A stretch of DNA of 64,000 nt from Callorhinchus milii (Eukaryota): NCBI RefSeq assembly GCF_018977255.1, contig NW_024704742.1:89344001-89408000 (forward strand), given 5' to 3'. Positions 36,521 through 50,019 of the stretch are shown in pieces. Every line of letters starts with the position of its first letter. The first letter of the stretch is position 1. The notes beneath the pieces are model-generated. The model did not search any database. It had not been told where the DNA came from and was given only the letters and a program-made list of their open reading frames with translations. A program made the translations under genes and the position numbers.

Positions 36521-37559
36521 AACATGACTATCAATAACAATATATAATAATAATATAATAATCCTTGCATTTGATATAGAGTCTTATCACGTCTAGAAGA
36601 CACGATAAGAATATGCTGTAAAGTGAATTGACTATATTTTGTGGTCAAAATATAAACATATATATATTAAAAAAAGTTCACTACTTTCAAGATACCTTAC
36701 ACAACAGAACTTGTTTATTACAATTCTGCAAGTTCAATCTGATAATCACAGGAACAGGGATCCTTTTTTATCTATGTATTATGTTCAGAAACAGCCAACT
36801 GAGTTTCAAGAGCCCAAACACATATGGCAGATTCAGACATTTCCACTTGGATACTGCTGGCGTCATGCATCTTATAGTGCCGGTTCAATAAGAAGGATAC
36901 ACTCTGTGAGCATGAAATCGAGCAGATGGTAGCAGGGGATTACAAAGAATATACTGTGTTTCGCTTTAGAATACCCATAAAACAAGACAGAGCCTGGGGG
37001 AATAATCCTTCCAATAAAGAAAAATATCCTGCTGTTGTCCTTCAAATGAAAAGTAAAACCTGATCTCAAAATTTAATTTATTTTTTTTTACTTTCTAGCA
37101 ATCTTATTTTGTGTAGATTTTAGTTAATTTAAAGAACTATTGTGACTAATTCTCCCCATAGCTTTGCAAAATAATGGAGTCTGGAAGGTGCTTTTTCTGC
37201 ATCCCTCATACTTGGCTCCAGGCAAAAGTGCCTTCAACAGAAACTATGTTATCTCCAGGCAATCAGCTGTCTCCTACACAAGATTTGAGGAGTTCTCGGG
37301 TGCAAGCTAAGGCTTTGTGACTCTGCATGCTGTACTGGGGGCAACCATAGAGAAAAGCCCTCTTGTGTCAAGAGGTGAGTTTGCTAGCAGCCATGCAACA
37401 GTGGCAACGTACAGTTGTACAGCGAATTTCATGTAAGAGAACATCTTGGATGACTTTACAAGCATGCTATGAGACACAACCAAGGTGAAGGAGTGAGGGG
37501 GAAGTCAGAGACCTTCATGCATAATCAATCATAGAAATGAAATACACACAAATCCATGT

Positions 37560-37918
37560 GAGAGCCTAGCTCAGTTAGTAGCACTTTCGCCTCAAGAATG
37601 TTGTAGGTTCAAGCCCTACTTCAGGACTATGAAGTGCTGCATTGTCAAAGGTGCTGTCCTATGGATGAAATGTTAAACTGAGGTCCTGTCTACCGTTCAG
37701 GTGGACGTAAAAGATTCTGCCATTCAAAAAGAGAAGGGATGTTCACCCATTATCCTGGCCAACAATTCCCTGAATAAAATGAATCATCAACTTCATGGTT
37801 ATTTGTGGGAAATTACTGTGCTCAAATTAGCATTCACCTACAGTATGCATCACACTCTGAAGCACTTTGAGATGTCCTCCTGACATGAAAGGTGCTACAT
37901 CAAATACAAGGATTATTA
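37560..37918 (+). mobile_element. Deu-domain SINE, near full length
   Basis: Head TAGCTCAGTTAGTAGCAC...GGTTCAAGCCC, Deu core GTGCTGCATTGTCAAAGGTGCTGTCC...CAGGTGGACGTAAAAGAT, L2-like tail. Confidence 0.87.
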
Positions 37919-38518
37919 TACTTTTTATAAGAACGTTTTAGGAGAGTTTTTTCAACAATGTGAATGGGTTCAAGGGAGGGAGGGTGTTCTAAAGAAGAAA
38001 ATAGGGATGCAAATGGAGCACATTTTAGGCCCGCTTTGTCCAGTGTTCAATCTTGAATTCTGAGGCTATTCTGAAATAAAGATGAATGTTTTCATTATTC
38101 ATAATTCATGACTAAGAATAGTACAGTATAAAGGTATGTTGTTTTTTAAACAACTGACCCAGCAGGTTTGTGACAACATTGAATTGAACTAAATTTATTC
38201 TTTCTATTTTATTTTTATTCCTGAATTATGAATAGAAGATTCATAATTTCACTGAATGTATTTTGCAAGCAATCTTCATTGTGTGTGAGATATAAATATA
38301 TACTCTACTTTACAGTATATCCTGGAAGCACTCCGAGACGCCATCTGGTGTGAAGGGCATAATGTAAATACATGTTTTTGTTGGACTTGAAAAAGGTGAT
38401 GTATCACTAATACTTTGTGAGTTAATTACAGTCAGCATCACCAGTGGCATATTATCACATCTAAGCTAAATGTATATGTAGAGTTGTAATGCACCTGCAA
38501 TGGATAAAGCAATAACTT

Positions 38519-39210
38519 AATAATAATAATCCTTGCCTTTGATATTGCACCTTATCACGTCTTCCAAACGCTTCAAAGTTTTTCATAGAATATACTGTAA
38601 AGTGAATTGACTGTATATGAGAGCTAAGTGGACTCCTGTATCTCAGTGGTTAGAGCACTTGCATCTCAAGCGAGAGACCTGGGTTCGATTCCTGGCAGGG
38701 CGAAACCTTGGGTAAGTTTCCTTACTCCACATGCCTAATAATAGTCCCTCAAGAAAAAATAAATAAATTGGTCACTTCAATCCACGACTGTTTGTTGGAC
38801 ACTGCTGTGTGCAATTGACTGCCAGGTTTCGCCCACATATATAGTCAATTCACTTTACAGCATATTCTGTGAAGCGCTTTGAGATGTCTAGAAGTCGTGA
38901 AAAGCGCAATATCAAATGCAAGGATTATTATATGTTGTGGACGAACTGCGGCAGCCAATTGCACACAGCAGTGTCCCACAAACAATCGTGGATTGAAGTG
39001 ATCAATTCATTATTATTATTCATTTTGAAGGAATTATTATCCCTGGAAAAGAGATCTGCCAATCGACTAACAACCAAGTTCCTACTTACTGCTAGGTAAA
39101 CAGAGGCATGTGGAGTAAGGAAACTTGCCCAACATTTCACCTTGCTGGGAATCGAACCCAGGTCTCTCATTTGTTTGGCAAGTGCTGTAACCACTGAGTT
39201 ACAGGACTCC
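38519..39210. mobile_element. Plus-strand short tRNA-Ala SINE (~38628-38930) inserted into a minus-strand long tRNA-Ala SINE
   Basis: The outer copy is split at TATATG (38614-38619 and 38929-38934). Confidence 0.9.
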
Positions 39211-42063
39211 TTTAAGAAAAAGTTAGCATGGAATTTGGAAGGGGGCAAGCATGTCTGAAAATCCTCATCGATTTCTGTGTTTGACAATATTGCCACTGAT
39301 AATAGTGGCACTCCTTAAAATATAGTTTACTTACATCTTCAGAACATTTTTGACAAAGTTTCTTATGAAAGTTTGAACTAAACTAAAATGCATCCAGGGT
39401 ATTAAGAATAGCTAGTCAAAGAGGAAATAAAGCCCTAGCAAGAAGTTTTTAAGTTTGTCTAGCTATGGATCTGACATGCACTGCCAAAATGAACGTAAAT
39501 GGAAAGTCAATGAGAATGTTTAAAAGCCAAGTCAATAAATATTAATAAGGATAGTGAAGGTATGGAGAAAAAACAGACCTTTTGAGTTACAGATCATTCA
39601 TGATCTAACAAAATGGCAGAGTAAGGTTGAAGGGCCAAATACCTCCTCCTGTTCCTATACACACAATTTGCTTATTATGCTGTTTGTGGGACATTGCTGT
39701 GTACAATCATTATACTTTGCAGGACATCCTGTGAAGCACTTTAAGACATCCTTCCAATTTTTTAGTCCTTGTTACTGCTATACACATGTAGACCATACCC
39801 ACTGTCACATGAAAAACTATTTATTGTCACCTTACACGAAAATAATAGAGCAATACCAAAAAATGTTTTGAGGTTCAGACTGGAGCCAGTGTCACAAAAC
39901 TATACGTCAATTATGGTAATTGTACTTCGTATTTGCTTTTATCTATTCCCAAAATAATAGTGTGTGAGGGTTTCAGCAGAGAATTCAACAGAACTCCACA
40001 TTAATGATAACCTTTCATCATTTTGTCTGTTACAATACTCTTCAAACTATTATGATCCAAACATTTCTTAGTAACCTATCGCAGGGAACTGAACTCTGTG
40101 TTTTTCACTGTCTCTCTTTGGGACAACCTTATACTTAGACATACTTCAACCTGTCCATTTAGTAGGCCTTATGTTTCTCTGTGTGTTCTAATTTCCTTTA
40201 AGAGGATCTCACCGACAGAGCAAAACAAATTATTTTCTTCCCAGATTCATCTTGTGTCTTCAGCTGCTTGCTTCAAATCCTGTGATGTGCCATACAGGAC
40301 ATTTATTTGTTTCCTGAGACACCATGCTGAAACAACATAGCCTGAAGGCCGATGAACACTCACATGGTGTTTATATAATAAGGTTGACTCATATGAAGAA
40401 AAGTCTTTGCAACACATTTTTGAGACATAGATCCAACATTGAATTTTGTTATGAAACAGTAATGATCTAGTTTCTAAGATCTGTACCATCATCACAATAA
40501 CTTCATTGGACAGGTAGTGGTGAATTTTTATAGGAAGAATCTCACCCAGGCTCAGGGGATCATCTCACCTTAATGTTGACAATTAGGGATGACCCTGTCA
40601 GTGTTAAATTGCTTACATTACTACATAGTCAATGTAACGTCAGGTTTAAAGAAAGGTTTAAAGATGGGTAGTGCAGTTTGTTGACCACCAACTTGGGACC
40701 AGAAGATTGTGGGTTTCATTAACATTGGGACCACTCAGCCGTTCAACCTTTCCAAGGTCGATAAAAAGGAATAGCACAGATATAATATCTCACTGTGCAG
40801 GGCTAACTGGGGTTTGCCAAATAATTCATTTGGTTCAAGGTGAGCTGTGCTTCGAGGTACTGTTGATAAATGAGTAACCTGTCCAGCTCATTAATGAAAC
40901 ATGGCAGTATAGACATATTCACAAATCAAAGATCAAATAGATAGTGTATGTTTAAGCAAACAGTTTACTTTCTGATGGAAATTACTGAATTAAATTAATA
41001 TTATTCAAAGCTATTTTTTAATAGTATGACTGTTGTTACCAATTCCTACAGCAAAACTAATTTGTCCTTGACACCGTAATCCATTCGTATAAGAAAGTAA
41101 ATGTCCCATTACATGGTACTGAATTGGTTACTGAACCTTAATGATGATTCTCCAAATGTTGGTGAATGCACCAAGGTTGACAAGCTACAGCTCCTTATTC
41201 TCTGCAGGTTCATAAATTAACTAACATTGGTGTTCAGAGCTTAAAATGGGGGAAATCCATTACAAGTCAGAATGCTAGTCAGGTTGATAAATGTACAGAC
41301 CAGACAATAATAAGAGGTCCTTTCAATTTCTGTCAATATATTAATCTTCGAAGTATCATCCTTCTAGTGTTTTGAAATTATTACCTGCCTACAGTAAAAT
41401 TCTTAACACTAATGTTCCATTGTTTTACCAATGGGAAGTAGTGGAACTTCCATCACAGATCAATGCATAATGCAGTCATGAAACATTACTCTCTGTCCAA
41501 CCACTGACCGAGGCTGTTCATTTCATGATTTTCAAATCATTCATTCAGTTGAATAAATTCAGATAAATCATTCAGATAAATCTATTCTTAAAATTACAAT
41601 CTTTGTTTGCAAAGCAGCCTTCAGTATCAAGCTCCCAACCACAGAATGCAGTCTGACCAAATTCAAATACAATTCACTAAACACTTCCACACTCGGGAGT
41701 ATTGTTGAGAATGTGCTAATATAGCACTACAGTGGCCATGGTTTGAATACAGGTCCAAAAGCAGATTCCTGTAGCTGAACTTCCAGCATACTGAGCCAGC
41801 CATCCAACTGAACAAGACAATTCTGCCTAAAATATTCCTCCTCCTATTAACAATAATTGGCTGTCATAGCACCATACATACTTCTGGAGAAAAATACCTA
41901 GACATTTAGTTTATAATTAAAATAATTTAGTTTGAGAAATATTACTTTAGAACTGTTATGTCACTCAACTATCTTTACACTGAGGAGAAGACCACTGGTA
42001 GCCAGAGACTAAGTACAGGCTTAAGCGTTGAAGTACTGGTGGCCTCAGACCAACATATCAGGT

Positions 42064-42235
42064 ATCACCCTAGCTCAGTTGTAGCTTTCTCACCCCTGAG
42101 TCAGAGGGTTGTGGGTTCAAGTCTCACATTTGGCACTGAGATCATTGGAGACTGACACTCCGAATCCAGTGCTGGGGGAGCACTGGATTGTTGGAGGTGC
42201 TGTCCTTCATTAAGAAGTATCCAGCTATTCAAGTG
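42064..42235 (+). mobile_element. Deu-domain SINE 5' part
   Basis: TAGCTCAGTTGTAGC...CTGAGTCAGAGGGTTGTGGGTTCAAGTC...GGAGGTGCTGTC. Confidence 0.78.
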
Positions 42236-42627
42236 AGGCCTAATGAGCAATCAAAGGAGAGAGGGAGGATATCCAATGACTCAATTCTATGGCAGCCATC
42301 AGCTGCTGGCAGGCCCAGTTGCCAGAATTATGTACAAGGCTGACAATTAATTGGTTTTAAAAATAAACTTGCTGTGATTTTAATATGTGAGGCAAAATAA
42401 CTAACACCTTTGATGACTTTCATTAGTATGGGATGTTCAATTTACAACGCTCGGCTGGTAATGCATTTTGACAACATATGCACGCAGACACATTTTTAAA
42501 TTATTAGTAAGCCTGTTTGGAGAAGTCTCACAAAAACATAAGCATACTGAAACTAAGGCAAACTACACTTGTATGTCTTCTAACATCCCAATTGATGTTT
42601 ACTTAGAATTTTACAGCACATTTCACA

Positions 42628-42892
42628 TTAATAATAATAATAATCCTTGCATTTGATATAGCGCTTTTCACGTCAGGAGGATGTCCCAAAGCGCTTCACA
42701 GAACACACTGTAAAGTGAATTGACTGTATATTTGTGGGCGAACGCGGCAGCCAATTGCGCACAGCAATGTCCCACAAACAATCGTAGATTGAAAATGACC
42801 AATTTATTATTGTTTTTGGTTTTGGAGGGATTATTATTAGGCTCTGTGTGGAGTAAGGAAACTTGCCCAAGGTTTCGCCCCGCCTGGAATTA
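42628..42892 (-). mobile_element. tRNA-Ala SINE, young short subfamily, head truncated
   Basis: Nearly identical to 59124-59395. Confidence 0.92.
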
Positions 42893-42934
42893 GATTCATT
42901 ACCCCAATGAGCATTAACTCATGTGGCTTAGGTG

Positions 42935-43450
42935 CTGTTTGCCTGGCTCAATTGATAGCACGCTCATCCCTGAGTCAGAAGGTTGTGCGTGCAATCCCCC
43001 TAATCTCTTCTGTCTCAGGTTATGGATGGTGATCAAGCTCAGCCACTGTCAAGCATTCTGGGAGGCTACCCTGCACGAGGAGCACTATATAAATCCAAGT
43101 TGTTATTTCTGTTGTTTGGACATTGAGATCATTGGAGGCTGACAGTCCGATGGGAGTGCTGCATTATTCGAGGTGCTACACGGAGATGAGGTGTTACACG
43201 GAGGCTCTATCTGCCTGTACAGGTGGACCATTAAAGATCCCAAGACACTATTTGAAAAGAGATGGGAGTTTCTCCTGGCCAACAAATCCCCCAGATTAAT
43301 TTGCTTGTTTACTTCATAGCTGCTTGTGGAACATTACTAAGTGCAAATTCATGTTCACATACAAAATTTATTCATTACACCTCATAATAAATCCTGTGAA
43401 ATGCTTTGAGAAGTTTTGATGAAGTGATAAAGATGACCCATCAAATTCGA
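42935..43450 (+). mobile_element. Deu-domain SINE with an internal L2-type tail insertion (~42995-43115)
   Basis: Head GGCTCAATTGATAGCACGCTC...; core GTGCTGCATTATTCGAGGTGC...CAGGTGGACCATTAAAGATCCC. Confidence 0.78.
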
Positions 43451-43544
43451 GAACAATTGTTATAAAGTCATTTGTGTTAACCATTAGCAAGAATCCACAT
43501 TCTGGAAGGACTGAGTGGCACAATGATTTAAGACACCAACCTTT

Positions 43545-44775
43545 CAGAAACAGCCCTGGTCAAAGTGACAAATGACATTCTGTCCATCTGCAACCAGGGC
43601 TTCCTCTGCCTCCTCATCCTCCTTGACCTCTCTGCTGCTTTCGACACCGTTGACCACTCTACCTTCATCCACCGCCTCTCCTCTCATCTTAACCTTCATA
43701 GTTCTGTCCTTGAATGGTTCAAATCGTACCTCTCACACCGCCTCCACTTCATCTCCACAAACGGTTTCACCTCTAGCCCCCGCATGGTTTCGTGCAGTGT
43801 TCCTCAGGGCTCTGTCCTTGGTCTACTCCTATTCAACATCTATATGCTCCCTCTTGGTGACATCATCTGCAGAAATAGGGGTCAACTTCTATATGTATGC
43901 AGATGACACAAAACTCTACCTCCACCCTTGACTCCAGGACCACTGCTGTCCTGACAAAACATCTGTCAGAGATCAAGTCCTGGATGACAGCTAACTTTCT
44001 TCAGTTGAATATCAACAAGATCGAGAGCCTCCTGTCAGTGCCTCCATACTTCAGGCATTGATAGCATCACCATCCAAGGATGCACACTCCACCTTACTAA
44101 GCCAATCCGGAACCTTGGCAGCTTGTTTGACCTCAAGTATCCTTTCTAATCCACATCCATGCCATGACCCACTCTGTCTTCACCCATCTCTGCAACATTG
44201 TCCAGTTCCTTCACTGTCTCACACCGCAGGCCACCGAAACCCTCATACACGCATTCATAACATCGAGACTTGACTATGCAAACTCCTTGCTTGTTGGCCT
44301 CCCCAATCCTCTCTCCATAGGCTGCAGATCATCCAGAACACTGCAGCCTGTGTTCTCTCCCGCACCAGGCTCCGTGACCCTATCAACCCCATCCTCGCCC
44401 AACTCCACTGGCTTTCCATCAATCAGAGCAAGTTCCTGGTCCTCACCTTCAAAGCCTTCCATGGCCTTGCTGCCCCCTAACTCTGCAACCTCCTAAATCT
44501 TTACTCTCCTGCCCACTCCCTACGCTAAGCGGGCTCCAGCCTGCTTCACATCCCGCACCTCGCCCACCCCACCATTGGTGGGCAGGCCTTCTGCCCCTCT
44601 GCCCCCACCCTTTGGAACTCTGTCTCACATTCCCTCTGCCTTGCCTCCTCCTTGCCTCCTTCAAGATCCATCTCAAGACCCTCCTCTTCGATCATGCTTT
44701 TGATCACCCTGCTTCCCCACTGCCCTCCACGCTCCCCAATCCTAACCCCCAGCTCGAGTCCAAATCACTGACTGT
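43545..44775 (+). pseudogene. L2 LINE, 5'-truncated ~1.2 kb, disrupted reverse transcriptase
   Basis: LILLDLSAAFDTVDH, WFKSYLSHR, VPQGSVLG.LLF.IYM.PLG, YADDTKLY (frameshifted) and ETLIHAFITSRLDYANSLL. Confidence 0.96.
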
Positions 44776-45934
44776 AAAGCTATAACTCACCTGAGAGCCT
44801 TTGATGCTGAATGCCAAAAGCACAAAAACACTGCAGCTTAGTGATATGAAACATTAGTAAATGTCACCATACTTGTCCAGCTAACACTATGCTTCCCAAT
44901 GATGTTTTGGTTCACAAGTGGAAGATATTTCACCACTAATTCCATGGATGAGGCAGGTATGCTACTCAACCAGGATTAATGCCGACCTAACTGATTGTCA
45001 GAAACATAACTCGCTGGAATCAGTTTAACCCCAGAGATACCTTAGTCATTTCCTCAAAGTCTAAATTTCGTACTTCCTTGCTCTAAACTCCTCCCTATGA
45101 TTAATGCAAAATCAAGAAAGCAGCTCCTACAAGGTTGGGGGAAAACAAAGGTATTTTAAGAAATTTGCAATATTCAATGTTTCTAAATGTTCCACTTAAA
45201 CATTATGAGAACAAAGGGTTGGTATTGAAAATGGATCATTTTTTGCATTATAAACAAGAGAGTAGGAATAAAGATAAACAATAGTACAATGAAATTTGGT
45301 TCACTGAATATTCAATTTGACAGCAAAAATGACTCAATAAACTGAACTGTTCAAATTAACACAAGAGGAGACTCACCTCCTGGAACTTGAGCCCCACAGC
45401 CTCCAACATTGGAAACACTTTCCTCCACCGATCAGACATGTTCTCACTCGCACATGGCCAACTAACCAATCACCGGCAACTTCCATGGAAAAGTGAGACA
45501 AGGGGGAATGAGGAGAGGACGCTGGTGATGTTCACAATGCATTGTGAAAGGGAGTCAATAAATGTCTGGTTACAAGTTTGAGCTTATGCATGTATTGAGA
45601 TGATGAAATGCTGTGTTGACATTGATCATTCCTGAGCTAAACAGTTCAAGGAAGATAATTGATCAATAGGGTACTTTGCAGAATAGAAATCAAGATAGGT
45701 ATGGTGGAGTTTCACTTGATTTGCCTTTGTGAGGGTATATGGAAAACAATTTTATCACCTTTCCTTCAGAGACAAATATTACCCGTAATCCTCCATACCT
45801 GTTTTGCACTTACACATGATTAACCCAATCATCAATTTGCACAAAGTTTGTTAACTCAACCTGTATGGCTACGCACTTGAACACAATAAAAAATATTCAC
45901 AAGTATAATTTTCATGCTCACATGGTTAAGCTGG

Positions 45935-46160
45935 ATTGTACAGGATGGAAGCAGGCCATTCATCCCAAGCAGTCTGTGCTCATGTTCATACCCTTCATGA
46001 GTCTCCACCCACTCCTTACTCTCCCATTCCCTTCTCCCTCATGTATATATCTTGCTTGCTCTTAAATGCAACTGCTTAATTCAGATAGTGATAGCTTCGG
46101 GCAGAAAGTTTCATATTCTCACGAACGTCTGCATGAAGTAATTCCTCCTGAATTCTCTTT
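45935..46160 (-). mobile_element. CR1 LINE 3' end, degraded
   Basis: TTGTACAGGATGGAAGCAGGCCATTCATCCCAAG...TTTCATATTCTCACGAACGTCTGCATGAAG is the reverse complement of a CR1 end. Confidence 0.7.
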
Positions 46161-46559
46161 TAGGTTCCCTAGTTGCTAGTTTCACCCACAAAATATACAA
46201 TCAATTTACTTTACAGTATATTCTGTGACGCGTTTTGAGTCGTCTTGAAGATGTGAAATAAAAAATGCAAGGATTATCATATACTTGTATCACTGAATTA
46301 ATATTTACCATTGTCATTACACTAAGAACCATTTTTACTAGTTGTGCCTGTTCTACATTGTGTTTACTATTTATTTGTCTCTATTATGTTATCTAGTTTT
46401 GTGAACCGTTTCCCTTCAGCCAGTGTTCAAAAGTAGCGCATGGAAAAAATTTGGGTTAATAGATCAAAATTTTGCATGGAACAACAGCACCTATTATTCA
46501 GACCTTTTTTCAGGTATTTACAACAGATTTGAACTGCAGAGATAAAGAGAAAAAAAACA

Positions 46560-46660
46560 CAAACATTGGAAACAAAAAACATAAAATACCTGGAAATGCA
46601 TAGCCGGGCAGTCAACATCTGGAAGAGAAAGATAGGTTAACACTTTTACATGTGACCTAA
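46560..46660. mobile_element. Probable Penelope-type terminal-repeat fragment
   Basis: AAAATACCTGGAAATGCATAGCCGGGCAGTCAACATCTGGAAGAGAAAGATAGGTTAAC resembles the shark Penelope-associated repeat (from recall, not searched). Confidence 0.45.
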
Positions 46661-48224
46661 ATGAGACTGGGCCAAAAGTTACATCCAAAATATTTTTTTT
46701 CATGCTAATTGAACTGTTTTGCATTTGCAGTCTTCTCTTTATTTAAAATTGATTTATACAATTAGCTAGGACAGTCTTCCATCCATAGGAGACTTTTTCA
46801 TTATAGTAGATATTAATTATATAACACTTTGATTAAAAACTTAAATGCGACAGGCTAAAGAGCCATGTAGTTTTCACTGCACTGTATCACTGGTTACTGG
46901 TTAATTGACTTCAGGCAACAACAGTGTTCAATGCACAATAGGAAAGCAATAGAACAAAGCATGCGTGTTTGCTTAAATCATAAGGGAAGGCTATAGCTTG
47001 AAGCAAGGCCTAGCACAAAAAAGTTTTTAAAATAACATTTAGTTTGAGACAGCAATCGAATAGACATTAGTTTCTAGGCTATAGCTTTATAAACTGTTGT
47101 CCTTCAGTTATTGAAGAGCCTCAAATGTGCAGTGATGCCATAAGCTTTCAGTTACTGCCATTGCAAAACAATCTTGATCATTTCTGTGCCTGAAGTCAAC
47201 ATCTTCCTCTATAACTTTCACCTCTAGTTAATTGTATAATGATACAAGAGTTTCTCAGTACACTGAGGATTCTTTAATAATTTGATATTTTTTCATTTCT
47301 TACCTCTATTATTCGTGAAGCATTCATGCTTCACGAATAATAGAGGTAAGAAATGTTTGAAACGTTTAATCTCAATGATTTATATTGATGGCATTCCTTG
47401 GAATATCAATGTGAGAGCAACTGCACAGACTGCAACAACAACAACTTGCATTTATATAGCTCCCTTTGCGTGGGATAGCAGCTCGGTTTGCTGTAAGTGC
47501 ATGTACTGCATTTACGGAACCTCATAAGTATTCTCATAAGTAGCAAATGATCAAGCAAAACACTTTATAAAAACATCAAATCAGAGACCACCATAGTGTA
47601 GTATGTTAAGCCGTGGGATCATGTCAACAATTCCTCACAAAGAAACAGAATGAGAAAATGTTATTTGGCCTGAAAATCCCATTCTTCAGAGGACCATGAA
47701 AATCCATTTAATAGTGGACATATGCAATCCATTTCATATCTCATAAAACAGCTTTGCTCACTTTTTCCCTGCATTGTAGGGTTAGGCAAATGGCAGATGC
47801 CAAGTTCCTATCCACAGGGAGGTAAAGAGGCATTATTGTGAGCTGCTCCTTATAGCTAATAACCTAGAGTCATTTTGACAAATGTAAACCAGAGCTTTAC
47901 TCAGCCAAAGATAAATTAGACTTTGGAGCAGGAAATATAAACAGCATTTCTCATTCCAAAACCAATATACTGATCGAGGTGATTTCTTAATTACTTCAAG
48001 CAGTGTAGATCAAGAATAACAACAACAACAACTTCCATGGATATAATGCCCTTCACACAGAGTAATGTTCCAGTTTGCATGGCATTCCTCCACATCTATC
48101 TTATTGATTTGTGTCATGGTTACGAAAACAAAATTACAACATATCCCCTCCCTTTTAATTTTCTTCTTATAAATTTAGAGTGGCATTTATTAGCTTCCTT
48201 CATAAGATCAATAGATTTAACATT

Positions 48225-49070
48225 TGCCTATTCAAGGTGGACTTTAAAGATCCCATGACACTATTCAAAGGAGAAGGTAGTTTTTCTTTCAGCTGAAACC
48301 GGAGGTAGTTTCTCTTGCATGCATTTGTCACCTCCCACTTGGATTACTTAAACGCACTCCTTGCCAGTCTCCCCAGCTCAAAAGATCCAGCTCACTCAGA
48401 ACTCTGCCGCCTGCATACTGACAACCAAACTCCGTACCCACATCTCACCATTTCTGGCCAGGCTCCACTGGCTCCCCATCACCAAATGGATCGACTTTAA
48501 GATCGTGTTCAAATCCCTTGGTTCCCTGACACCTCCTGACACCTCTCTGACCTCCTCACTCCCCAATCCATCACCTGGTGCCTCCGCTCGACTGGCACCA
48601 GCCTCCTGCTTGTCCCTTGCATCCTCCGGCCCACCATCAAAGGTCGTGCTTTCAGCCACTATGCCTCAAAACTCTGGAACACTCCCTCAGTCCCTCCACT
48701 TTAGCCCCTCTCTCCCCTCTTTCAAGTCCCACTTGAAAGCCATCCTCTTCAACCTTGCTTACGGCAACCTTCCCCATTCCCTGGCTCAAAGTCAGGCTCT
48801 GCCACTGTTAACTGCTCTGAGAAACTATCTTGTGTGGAGGGCATTATATAAGTGCAAGTTGTTGTTGGGTGGTTTCTCCCTATATCCTGGCCAACAAGCC
48901 CGTAAATAAGATTGGTCATTCTCTTCATGGCTGCTTGTGGGATTTATTGTGTGCAAATTGGATGCTGAATTTCACCTACAAAATATAATTTGTATTAAGT
49001 CATGTGAAGCATTTCTGATGTCCTCTCAATCAAAAAGGCCCTGTACCAAATGTAAGGGTTATTATTATTT
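48225..49070 (+). mobile_element. Deu-domain SINE interrupted by an L2 3' fragment (~48295-48868)
   Basis: The Deu core AAAGATCCCATGACACTATTCAAAGGAGAAGGTAGTTTT resumes as GGTGGTTTCTCCCTATATCCTGGCCAAC; the L2 encodes HAFVTSHLDY..., RLHWLPI. Confidence 0.88.
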
Positions 49071-50019
49071 GCAGGAATTCTCAATATCTTCATCCAATCC
49101 CTTCAATGAATCCTTGTAGTTTTTCTTTTATCAATTAGGTATGTGTATATTGAGTTAAAAGAAGACAATTTGTGGTGAAGTTTTCACTCTCTGTATTTAT
49201 CTTTTCCAAAATAGTTTGCAAATCTGTTTTCCTTTAAGAAAGTTACAACTTCATCTTCTTAGTTTTGCCGATCGAACAGATGTACTTGTCTCGTTCAACA
49301 AGGCTACACATTATAGAATGATTAACATCGGTGACACATTTCAATTATAATTGATATATTGGTCTGTTTTTGTTGTCTTATGACTATATTGATGTTTATT
49401 TTAACCATCTGGCATTCTCTTTGTCAGTGCATTGAGGGAAAAAAAAGAGGTTTTTCTTTGTAAATTTGAATGCAGGTCTTAAATGGTATTATCAATGTCG
49501 CCAGACGTTGTTATTTGTTATGAGTCATCAAGATGAAGGCGTGTATGCAAGTCTCATATCTTGATGAGCTACAAATCTTTGTAGCTTTATGGAGATGGGT
49601 TCCTTGATGATGTTTTGAAAGTCCTGAAGACATAAGCCTGACAAAACAATGATCAACAAAATAACCAAATTACATTTGTAGAGCGCCTCTCATTTCAGGA
49701 GGACATCCCAAGGCGCTGGAAGCCTATTAACCAACTGTTAAACAGTTGGTTCGTAAAAGCATTATTGAATGAATATTGCAAAAGATCAGAGAACAGGTAA
49801 AGTTTGTGTTCCCACATATTGCTAGCAATTACAGATTTTTGGAGCCTCCTTTATTGGTTCAGTTTTCTAAGCACATATAATAATGAGAGCATTTCTTCAG
49901 CAGTGTTCATTGTAGCGTTTAGGTTCCTGGTGTTTTACGAAGCAACACAACAAATAGCATACATATGTAAAGTTCCCTGTAGCACAACATCTCAAGACAC
50001 GGAGACGGTGTCGGACACA

